Origin: Candidatus Geothermarchaeota archaeon
GTDB taxonomy: Archaea > Thermoproteota > Nitrososphaeria > Geothermarchaeales > JDFR-13
NCBI GenBank assembly: GCA_015523605.1
Contig: WAKC01000009.1
Location: 12,335-36,334, forward strand
Length of the DNA stretch: 24,000 nt
Reading direction: 5' to 3'
Positions 8,763 through 16,153 of the stretch are shown here, in pieces. Under the pieces are notes generated by a model. It was not told the origin of the DNA. It saw nothing but the letters and a program-made list of their open reading frames with translations, and did not search any database. How positions within the stretch are numbered: the first letter of the stretch is position 1; each line of letters opens with the position of its first letter. A program made the position numbers and the translations under genes.

Positions 8763-8860
8763 ACCGGTCGGTCGTGGGTTCAAATCCCACCGGCCCCACC
8801 ATTACAAAAATTTTTAAACCCCTACATATTTTTTAGAGCCTAATGTATTTAGGGGTAATA

Positions 8861-8873
8861 GTTTTTATACATA
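8861..8873 (+). promoter_or_regulatory. candidate TATA-box region for the Rieske/cytochrome b/cupredoxin operon
   Basis: GTTTTTATACATA AT-rich element upstream of RBS-like AGGAGGTG (8910-8917) and ATG at 8928. Confidence 0.4.
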
Positions 8874-8927
8874 AGATTTAAAAATTTAGTAGGTAGTAGT
8901 AAGGGTATAAGGAGGTGCTAATTAAAT

Positions 8928-9419
8928 ATGGTTGACCGGAGGACGGTATTAAAATCGCTCTTCGTAGCTTCAGGGATAGCCGCTCTAGCCCCATTCTTCC
9001 CATTAGGTAAGTTCTTAACACCTGAGGCTCAGGCATCCTATCCAAGGCAGAAGGTAGGTAATATAAATGACATCCCCATTTTAGGTCAATTGTTTGTAAC
9101 TTATCCTAAAACGGGGGACCCTGCAAAAGATAATGATCCCTTTAGGCAGTTCCTAATTATTAGGACTGGTGAGAATGAGGTTAAGGCATATAGTAGGGTT
9201 TGTATTCATCTTTGGTGTCTAGTCGATTATCAAAAGGACAAGGACTTGATTGAGTGTCCTTGTCATGGTAGTCAATATAGAAAGGAAGATGGATATGCCG
9301 TCGCTGGCCCGGCCGCTAAGCAGCCGAATAGATATCTACCTATATTGAAAGTTGAGATAGATAGTAATGGTGATATTTACGCGATTGGAATAGAAGGTGA
9401 GATTGGATATGGCAGATGA
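8928..9419 (+). CDS. Rieske iron-sulfur protein with Tat-like N-terminal signal/anchor
   Basis: 163 aa; RRTVLKSLFVASGIAALAPFF signal; cluster ligands CIHLWC ... CPCHGSQY. Confidence 0.95.
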   Translation: MVDRRTVLKSLFVASGIAALAPFFPLGKFLTPEAQASYPRQKVGNINDIPILGQLFVTYPKTGDPAKDNDPFRQFLIIRTGENEVKAYSRVCIHLWCLVDYQKDKDLIECPCHGSQYRKEDGYAVAGPAAKQPNRYLPILKVEIDSNGDIYAIGIEGEIGYGR

Positions 9420-10755
9420 AAAGAAGGAGGCTAAATCTTTTCTGGATAAAATAGTTGAATCCTATGAATGGACTATTAAGAGGTTAGAACGTACCATCCT
9501 ATTTGGAATCCGCTTTGTAATACCCAACAAAGTTGTGAGTCCACATGGATTCCTCGGCATGCTCACCTTTATAACATTTATAGTATTGGGTGTAACAGGG
9601 GCTCTTCTAATGTTCTACTATAGACCGTCACTTACAGGAGCCTATGATAGTGTTAAGATGATAAATGACGAGATAGATTTCGGAATTGTTATAAGAAATA
9701 TACACTACCATGCATCCAACTTAATGATCTTCTTAGCGATATATCATCTCTTTTATCAGTTGTTTTCATCAAGGTATAAGATTAGGAATGAGATCATATG
9801 GGTTACTGGTGTAATTCTGGGTACTCTTACTATTGTTGAGGCCTATATTGGATATGATCTCATTATGAATATCAGAGCAGTATTGGCTATCAACATAGGA
9901 GCGGCATTAACCTATTCAACACCCTTTATAGGTCCAGTGATAGCGGATATCGTTATAGGAACAGGTTTTGATGACTTAATACTAAGGATATACACACTCC
10001 ATGTACTCATATTCCCGATGATAATGATAATTCTGTTTACATTGCACTTCCCAAGAAATTTGGTTTTTGACCCTGGAATGGTTGGTATAATTATTGGCGC
10101 ATTATTCATCACATCCGCACTCTTCCCAGTTCCATTAGGCGACAAATATACTCCTGACCTGCCTGCTCAGGTAACTGTACCTGAATGGTATATAAATCCG
10201 TTATATGCACTTTTAAGAACCGAGTTAGACAAGTTTGTAATGGGTGTTCTGCTTCCGACTCTATTCATAATGATGTTTATGGTTGTTCCATTTATAGATA
10301 GAAGTAAAAGTATGAAGATAACCGAGAGACCCCTCGCACTAGGAATAGGTATTTCAGGTGTTCTACAGAGTATTGTAACCACGGTATGGGGATTCTATGT
10401 AGATCCGGATCCTAGGAAGAGCTATGTAGAGAGACTCGCAATAGATCCATATCTATTCTTCGGTGTCCTAATACTTATAAATATTGTATCATTTGGTGGG
10501 GCTTATCTATACTCCAAATATAGTAAAAAGTCACCGACTCCTCCAAGGAGAACAAGGAGCGAGCCTATAAACATCAGTAAGGAGACTATAGAAGGTATAG
10601 TATATGCAATGGTAATCACCGAATTCTTCGTAGTCGGTGTATCACTATATATGTACTTATTAGGTAATCTGACTTTTGGCTTAATAGCTACAGGTCTTTC
10701 TCTAATAATATTTGGATTCATATCATATGGTATTAGATTGATAACTACGAGGTGA
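9409..10755 (+). CDS. cytochrome b (fused b6/subunit IV-like), complex III-like
   Basis: ORF 9397-10755, probable ATG at 9409. Two His pairs (IHYHASNLMIFLAIYH; LHVLIFPMIMIILFTLHF), Qo-site PEWY (VPEWYINPLYALLR), multiple TM helices; overlaps the Rieske stop. Confidence 0.94.
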   Translation: MADEKKEAKSFLDKIVESYEWTIKRLERTILFGIRFVIPNKVVSPHGFLGMLTFITFIVLGVTGALLMFYYRPSLTGAYDSVKMINDEIDFGIVIRNIHYHASNLMIFLAIYHLFYQLFSSRYKIRNEIIWVTGVILGTLTIVEAYIGYDLIMNIRAVLAINIGAALTYSTPFIGPVIADIVIGTGFDDLILRIYTLHVLIFPMIMIILFTLHFPRNLVFDPGMVGIIIGALFITSALFPVPLGDKYTPDLPAQVTVPEWYINPLYALLRTELDKFVMGVLLPTLFIMMFMVVPFIDRSKSMKITERPLALGIGISGVLQSIVTTVWGFYVDPDPRKSYVERLAIDPYLFFGVLILINIVSFGGAYLYSKYSKKSPTPPRRTRSEPINISKETIEGIVYAMVITEFFVVGVSLYMYLLGNLTFGLIATGLSLIIFGFISYGIRLITTR

Positions 10756-11357
10756 TAAATATGGATAAGGGATTGTATATTGCGAGTGTCTTCTTCATCT
10801 TCATGGGAATAATAGGCACATGGCTTGGATTGTTTGCAGAAATTAGTGAGACTTTCTATGAGATGACTGGTATTGCTTTAGTTATTCTTATACTAGGTAT
10901 TGCTATGTTGCCGATCGCCCTGTTTAAAGGTGGTAAACCACCAGTAGAAAGCTTTATCCCAATCTTCGCTTTACTTGTAGTTGGATTCTTTACGATTGGA
11001 TGGAATTTTGTAGTTCCCGCTGAAGAAGCAGGTCCCACAACAGGTGTCGTTGAAAGAATATACTTGTTAGCTGGAGAATATTGGTTTAACGAGACTAACC
11101 CCGATATTGTTGTAAGTGAGGGGTCGCTAGTAGAGGTTACCGTTGATAATGTCGGAGTTGTTGTACATTCATTTAGAGTCTTTGGCGTTTCAGAAGACTC
11201 TGGAAATATATTACCTGGTGAGAAAGTTACAGTGTCCTTCGTGGCTGGGAAAGCAGGAGTATATGACTATATATGTACAATACCTGGACATGTGGAACTA
11301 GGAATGAAAGGTACTTTCATAATTGAACAAAGTAATCAAACAGCTACGTCAGAATAA
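10752..11357 (+). CDS. membrane-anchored cupredoxin (blue-copper/COX2-like fold), about 3 N-terminal TM helices
   Basis: 201 aa; three hydrophobic segments then VVHSF...YDYICTIPGHVELGM (C-x4-H-x4-M with upstream His), a mononuclear type 1 Cu pattern. GTG start overlaps the cytochrome b stop. Confidence 0.85.
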   Translation: MINMDKGLYIASVFFIFMGIIGTWLGLFAEISETFYEMTGIALVILILGIAMLPIALFKGGKPPVESFIPIFALLVVGFFTIGWNFVVPAEEAGPTTGVVERIYLLAGEYWFNETNPDIVVSEGSLVEVTVDNVGVVVHSFRVFGVSEDSGNILPGEKVTVSFVAGKAGVYDYICTIPGHVELGMKGTFIIEQSNQTATSE

Positions 11358-11370
11358 ATAATATGGCTGA

Positions 11371-11445
11371 TGGGGCCGCCCGGATTTGAACCGGGGACCA
11401 CGGGCTCCCGAGGCCCGCATGCTAGCCAAGCTACACCACGGCCCC
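11371..11445 (-). tRNA. tRNA-Pro(CGG), no encoded CCA
   Basis: Reverse complement GGGGCCG TG GTGTAGCTTGGCTAGCATG CGGGC CTCGGGA GCCCG TGGTC CCCGG TTCAAAT CCGGG CGGCCCC A; followed by TCA, not CCA. Confidence 0.96.
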
Positions 11446-11548
11446 AAAACTCATTTCTTTTTAGATATTCATTCTAGTTTTTAGTTTTGACTAATGTCTT
11501 CTTAAGATATAGATTTAGATATATAGTTCCTCCTATTGATAGTGTCAA

Positions 11549-11917
11549 CTATTGATTGGATAGTCCTCCCTCCTTAAGAACTATTATTGCTTCTGCTATG
11601 TCTCCATCTGTAAGCTCTAAAGCTTTTATAGCTAGGTCCCGATCTACATTTGCCTGTTCCATGACAATTTTTATATCCTCTTCTGGAAATGTCTTCGTCT
11701 CTTCTTCCTCTACCTCCTCTTCTTCACCGATTATCTGATATGTGGTACTACCTGCTACAACTATCTTACTTACATTTGGTTCATATATCCTAGTTATCCT
11801 ACCGTCTCTATAATGAAATTCTACATATTCTATGTCTAGCTGTTCTACATTTTCAATACCCATCCTCTTCATCATTCGCCTCAGTTCTCTTGAAGATATT
11901 TTTTTCATTTTCCTCAC
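11549..11917 (-). CDS. nac: nascent polypeptide-associated complex protein (aNAC, NAC-alpha type with UBA domain)
   Basis: 122 aa; RRMMKRMGIENVEQLDIEYVEFH NAC core; acidic linker; C-terminal EEDIKIVMEQANVDRDLAIKALELTDGDIAEAIIVL UBA. Confidence 0.95.
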   Translation of the reverse strand: MRKMKKISSRELRRMMKRMGIENVEQLDIEYVEFHYRDGRITRIYEPNVSKIVVAGSTTYQIIGEEEEVEEEETKTFPEEDIKIVMEQANVDRDLAIKALELTDGDIAEAIIVLKEGGLSNQ

Positions 11918-12024
11918 CTAAACTTTGAACTAATATTCTGTTTCTAAATACTATATAGGTGGGAATTGATGTATAAATATAAGGAATAAATGCCTGTGAA
12001 CCTTCTTTAAAATATGGAAAGGGA

Positions 12025-12543
12025 ATGAACTGTGAAATATGTGGTAGAGACTCCGAAGTATTGTATGTAGTCATATATCTCGGTGCTAGAACATATGCAT
12101 GTCCAAAATGTGTAGATGAACATGGACTGACGGTTATTAAACGGCTTGGAGAACGTGTCAAACGAGGTGTCGAACCTAAAAAATCTCTCCCCGTTAGGAG
12201 TAAAACAATCGCAAGAAGTAAACCAGCACCTGATTTCGAATTAATTGAAGACTATGGTTTGGTGATTAAAAAAAGAAGGGAAGAGATGGGTTTGACTCAA
12301 GAAGATCTGGCGAGGAGGTTAAAGGTTAAACTTAGTTATATAAAGAAGGTGGAGGCCGGTAAAATAATCCCCGATTATAATACTGTACTTAAGCTGGAGA
12401 AGATTCTGGGTGTGAAGCTTATTGAAACGTCAAATTTGGAGGATGAAAGAGTTAAATATATCTATGATGAAGATGTTGAGGAGGGGCCTACATTAGGTGA
12501 TATAATATTTAGAGGAAATAGAGGGGGTGGTGAAGAGCTATAA
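12025..12543 (+). CDS. archaeal multiprotein bridging factor 1 (Zn ribbon + HTH_3)
   Basis: MNCEICGRDSEVLYVVIYLG..YACPKCVDEHGL then VIKKRREEMGLTQEDLARRLKVKLSYIKKVEAGKIIPDYNTVLKLEKILGVKLIE. Confidence 0.95.
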   Translation: MNCEICGRDSEVLYVVIYLGARTYACPKCVDEHGLTVIKRLGERVKRGVEPKKSLPVRSKTIARSKPAPDFELIEDYGLVIKKRREEMGLTQEDLARRLKVKLSYIKKVEAGKIIPDYNTVLKLEKILGVKLIETSNLEDERVKYIYDEDVEEGPTLGDIIFRGNRGGGEEL

Positions 12544-12575
12544 TCCCCGCAGTTATATGTATCCATAAGAAGAGT

Positions 12576-13808
12576 TTGATGGATGAGTTTAAAGTGTTGG
12601 TAGAGGAGGCTGGATATATTCCCGTTAGAACCGTGTATATACGTAGGTTTACCTCTAAAGGCTTAAGTGATGCAAAAATTGATGAGATAAGGAAGGCACT
12701 TGAAGAGAGCGGCTGTGAAACTGTCATATTTGATGTTGAGCTGAAGCCTAGACATATGTATCAAATTACTAAGGAGTTGCATGTTATGGTCAAGGACCGT
12801 ATAGAAATTATATTAGAGATATTTAGGAGACATAGCCCATCTAAAGAGGCTGATCTTCAGATTAGACTTGCTAGTCTCCAGTATGAATTGGCTAGAGCTC
12901 GGGAGCGGGTCATGCTTGTGAGGTCTGGAGAACAGCCTCCATTGACTATGGGGCCTGGTCAGTACGAGGTAGATAAGTATTATCTTGAGATTAAGAGGAG
13001 AATACAGAATATAAAGAAAAAACTGGAGGAGATACGTAGAAAGAGACATGTTCATAGGTTTATGAGGAGGAAGAGAGGTTATAAGACAATTACTATAGTG
13101 GGTTATACATGTTCTGGGAAGACAACTCTGTTCAATTCCTTAACCAATCTTAATATGAAAGTGGGCGATGAACCATTTACAACCCTTTCTACTAAATATG
13201 CACTTCTAAAAATAGGTTTATGGAAGGTATATCTAGTTGATACAATTGGTTTTATAAGGGATCTCCCACCGTTCGTCATCGAAGCGTTCTACTCTACATT
13301 AGAGGATATACAATATTCAGATGTGGTTTATTTAGTTGTAGATGTTACAGAGTCTCTAGATTATATTGAGGAGAAATTGAAGACTTCATTCGAGATTTTA
13401 AATAAACTGGGCTATAAAGGTGAAGTGATAATTGTTGGTAATAAACTGGATCTAATTAATAATATAGAGGCTTTAAAACCTGTCAGAGATTTATTTGAGA
13501 GTTATGGAAAGGAATATGTGTTTTTATCCGCATATACAGGAGAAAATATTGATGTTTTACTGGAGAAGACGGAGAGACTCCTCGGCTCCGGCTCTTATAT
13601 AGAGCTTTTTATACCCTATTCAAATAAGGATATGTACAGATTGATTGGACTCTTGAGGGAAGGCGGCGAAGGAGAACTGGCTTTTAAAGAGACAGGGGTC
13701 TTTTTCAAGGGATTCATAAGGAACGATGTGTTGGAGAACATGCTAAAGAATGATGGTATCGAGGTGAGACGGCTTGAGAGAAATTTGGATATTGAGGCTG
13801 GGTCATAG
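12576..13808 (+). CDS. hflX: HflX-family GTPase
   Basis: 410 aa; HflX N domain, GYTCSGKTTLFNSLTN P-loop, DTIGFIRDLP, GNKLD. Confidence 0.94.
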   Translation: MMDEFKVLVEEAGYIPVRTVYIRRFTSKGLSDAKIDEIRKALEESGCETVIFDVELKPRHMYQITKELHVMVKDRIEIILEIFRRHSPSKEADLQIRLASLQYELARARERVMLVRSGEQPPLTMGPGQYEVDKYYLEIKRRIQNIKKKLEEIRRKRHVHRFMRRKRGYKTITIVGYTCSGKTTLFNSLTNLNMKVGDEPFTTLSTKYALLKIGLWKVYLVDTIGFIRDLPPFVIEAFYSTLEDIQYSDVVYLVVDVTESLDYIEEKLKTSFEILNKLGYKGEVIIVGNKLDLINNIEALKPVRDLFESYGKEYVFLSAYTGENIDVLLEKTERLLGSGSYIELFIPYSNKDMYRLIGLLREGGEGELAFKETGVFFKGFIRNDVLENMLKNDGIEVRRLERNLDIEAGS

Positions 13809-14307
13809 AGTCCCAAGAGACCAAAGGGTATCTACCCATCTTGCATTAGCTGCTAGGGCATTAGGAGCGTCAAAAATGTTCTATACTGGTGTACGTGACC
13901 CAGAGTTTGAAGGGTCTATAGATAGGGTTAGACGAAATTGGGGTGGAGAATTTAGACTAGAGTATATCGAGGATCCAATCGATTTTATAATGAATGTCCG
14001 GTCTATGGGGTTCATAATTATCCATCTTACAATGTATGGCATCCCATTAAACTATATACTTGATGAGCTGTTGAAACATGAAAAGTTTCTCGTTATTGTG
14101 GGTGGTGAGAAGGTTCCAAGTGAATATTTCCATATCTCCGACTTTAACGTGGCTATAGGAGGGCAACCACATTCAGAAATTTCAGCTCTAGCCATATTCC
14201 TAGATAGAATCTTCCAAGGTGCAGAATTAGACCTCCATTTTTCAGGAGGCATATATAGGGTAGTAAGTTCGAAGAAGGGTAAGTATCCCATTAATATAAA
14301 GGATTAG
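13774..14307 (+). CDS. tRNA (cytidine-56 2'-O)-methyltransferase Trm56
   Basis: 177 aa from TTG; WILRLGHRVPRDQRVSTHLALAARALGA, VVGGEKVPSEYFHISDFNVAIGGQPHSEISALAIFLDR. Confidence 0.94.
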   Translation: MREIWILRLGHRVPRDQRVSTHLALAARALGASKMFYTGVRDPEFEGSIDRVRRNWGGEFRLEYIEDPIDFIMNVRSMGFIIIHLTMYGIPLNYILDELLKHEKFLVIVGGEKVPSEYFHISDFNVAIGGQPHSEISALAIFLDRIFQGAELDLHFSGGIYRVVSSKKGKYPINIKD

Positions 14308-14360
14308 ATGTCTACCGAGCATTTTATTAGAAAAACCTGTCTAAATATATATGGGTTTAA

Positions 14361-14945
14361 ATGAGCAGGGGAGAAGAGTCAAAAAATAAGATGGATGATA
14401 AAGAGTCAGCCATATATGCTTTTAAGAAGATTGTAGAAGCATATAAAGGTCCTTTAGCTGGTAAAATAGTTGAGGCTCTTGCTAGGTACGGCGAGTTAAC
14501 AGATAATGAAATAGCAGAGAGGGTTGACGCGGATGACGCGGAGGTTAGACGTATAATATGGGTGTTAGCCAGTGAGGGGCTCCTCATATCTAAGAAAGTA
14601 GTTAACGATACCGGTTGGATAACTTTTTTCTGGAAGCTACCGTTGGACCAGGTGGATGGGCTTATACTTTCTCTCTATAGGAGAATAATTGATAGGCTTG
14701 AGAAAAAGCTTGAATATGAAACTTCAAATATCTTCTATTGGTGTATGGATAAGAATCATGAGAGACTTACATTCTCGGAAGCTGTTGATAACATGTTTAA
14801 ATGTCCTTTATGTAACAAAACTTTAATGCCATATGACAATAGCGAGTTAATCGCGGCTATAAAATACTCGATTAGTGAGATGAAACGTATAATGAATGAA
14901 TATTTCAAGGAGGTTGAAGAAGAGGTATCTAACTCTCAGGATTAG
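14361..14945 (+). CDS. tfe: transcription factor E (TFE/TFIIE-alpha)
   Basis: 194 aa; N-terminal winged helix (GELTDNEIAERVDADDAEVRRIIWVLASEGLL), C-terminal TFSEAVDNMFKCPLCNKTL ribbon. Confidence 0.92.
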   Translation: MSRGEESKNKMDDKESAIYAFKKIVEAYKGPLAGKIVEALARYGELTDNEIAERVDADDAEVRRIIWVLASEGLLISKKVVNDTGWITFFWKLPLDQVDGLILSLYRRIIDRLEKKLEYETSNIFYWCMDKNHERLTFSEAVDNMFKCPLCNKTLMPYDNSELIAAIKYSISEMKRIMNEYFKEVEEEVSNSQD

Positions 14946-14979
14946 CCATTATAATTTCTTCTCCAGCGGTTTATTAGCC

Positions 14980-15006
14980 TTATATATCCAGTGAATCTTT
15001 AAATAG
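14980..15006 (+). promoter_or_regulatory. candidate promoter region for the uL22-led ribosomal operon
   Basis: AT-rich elements CTTATATATCC and CTTTAAATAG in the 84-nt TFE-uL22 gap. The exact TATA box is uncertain. Confidence 0.35.
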
Positions 15007-15029
15007 AAATAGATAGAATAGGTGATATT

Positions 15030-15497
15030 ATGCCAACTTGGAGATATAGTATTAAAATTCCAGAGGATGAGAAAGAAAAATATGTTAAAGCTAGTTTAAG
15101 GGAGGTCTCTATATCACCTAAACATGCTGTTGAGATTGCCCGTGAAATTAGGGGTATGTATGTTGAGGATGCCCGTAAATATCTCGAAGAGGTTATTAGC
15201 CTTAAGCGGGCGGTCCCATTTAAGAGATATAAGAAGAAGGTCCCCCATAGGAGGGGGTTGAATAAATGGTATGCAGGTAGATATCCCGTTAAAGCAGCCA
15301 AATATTTCTTGCGTCTCCTCGATAACCTTATAAATAATGCTGAGGATAGAGAGTTAGATGTCGAACGTTTAAAAATTGTTCATTGTGCCGCTCATAGAGG
15401 CCGGAAGATTAGAAACTATATTCCTCGAGCGTTTGGGAGGTCTACCCCCTTCTTTGACACTCTCGTCCATGTTGAGGTGGTTGCTAAGGAGGTGTAA
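15030..15497 (+). CDS. rpl22: 50S ribosomal protein L22 (uL22)
   Basis: 155 aa; AREIRGMYVEDARKYLEEVISLKRAVPFKRYKKKVPHRRG, archaeal uL22. Confidence 0.96.
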   Translation: MPTWRYSIKIPEDEKEKYVKASLREVSISPKHAVEIAREIRGMYVEDARKYLEEVISLKRAVPFKRYKKKVPHRRGLNKWYAGRYPVKAAKYFLRLLDNLINNAEDRELDVERLKIVHCAAHRGRKIRNYIPRAFGRSTPFFDTLVHVEVVAKEV

Positions 15498-15499
15498 CA

Positions 15500-16153
15500 A
15501 TGGCCGAGGAGAAGCGTGTCTCAGGGGTTAAGGCTATAATATCGTCGAATAGGAAGAAGATAATGCTCGATGAATGGCTCGCTAAAGAGCTTGTTAATGC
15601 AGGCTATTCTGGAGTGAAGGTCTCATCTACACCTAAGGAGGCATTGGGAACGAAAATCATAATATATGCGGCTAGACCAAGTCTAGTCATTGGTAGGCGA
15701 GGGTCCAGAGTTAGGGAACTTGCTAAGAAGATAGAGGAGTTATTTGGTTATCAAAATGTCAACATTACAGTCTTGGATATAGATGTTCCTGAGCTTGATC
15801 CCAGGATTATGGCTTGGCAGATAGAGCGGCAGCTCGTTCGTGGGGTAAGGTATAGAAGAGTTGGATTCTGGGCTATAAACGTAATTAAAAATGCTGGTGC
15901 CGCCGCTGCAGAGATAGTTATAAGTGGTAAGCTTAGAACTGTGAGAGCCGCATATCAAAAGTTTAAATATGGTGATATTTTGAAGAGCGGTGAATTAGCT
16001 GAGAGGTTGGTGGATACCGCACATAGACCAGTTTTAACTAAGTATGGTATTATAGGTGTGAAGGTATCCATAATGAAGACATCATTAAATGAATATCTAG
16101 CCTCTCTAGCTGGAGAGGGAGGTGAGCAGGTTGAGGAAGGTACAGGAGCTTAG
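15500..16153 (+). CDS. rps3: 30S ribosomal protein S3 (uS3)
   Basis: 217 aa; KH domain IIIYAARPSLVIGRRGSRVRELAKKIEE; MAWQIERQLVRGVRYRR. Confidence 0.97.
   Translation: MAEEKRVSGVKAIISSNRKKIMLDEWLAKELVNAGYSGVKVSSTPKEALGTKIIIYAARPSLVIGRRGSRVRELAKKIEELFGYQNVNITVLDIDVPELDPRIMAWQIERQLVRGVRYRRVGFWAINVIKNAGAAAAEIVISGKLRTVRAAYQKFKYGDILKSGELAERLVDTAHRPVLTKYGIIGVKVSIMKTSLNEYLASLAGEGGEQVEEGTGA

Larger units (their letters stand above)
8653..8801 (+). tRNA. tRNA-Trp(CCA) precursor with three introns (8676-8690, 8699-8713, 8721-8762), 3' CCA encoded
   Basis: Removing the three segments gives GGGGCCG TG GCCC AGCCAGGCA GGGC G GCCGG CTCCAGA CCGGT CGGTC GTGGG TTCAAAT CCCAC CGGCCCC A CCA, a full cloverleaf with all stems paired and anticodon CCA. 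Confidence 0.9.

Noticed and set aside
8608-8802. 64-aa minus-strand ORF (MVGPVGFEPTTDRCHPI...) over the tRNA-Trp gene
   Set aside because: It is entirely explained by reverse translation of the tRNA; GFEPTT is the typical antisense reading of the T arm.
9912-11038. Antisense ORFs across cytochrome b and the cupredoxin gene
   Set aside because: Opposite well-supported coding sequences, with no recognisable protein content.
11549-12543. Divergent aNAC / MBF1 arrangement considered as a possible regulatory cassette
   Set aside because: Both are universal archaeal housekeeping genes and the intergenic region shows nothing beyond ordinary AT-rich promoter-like sequence.
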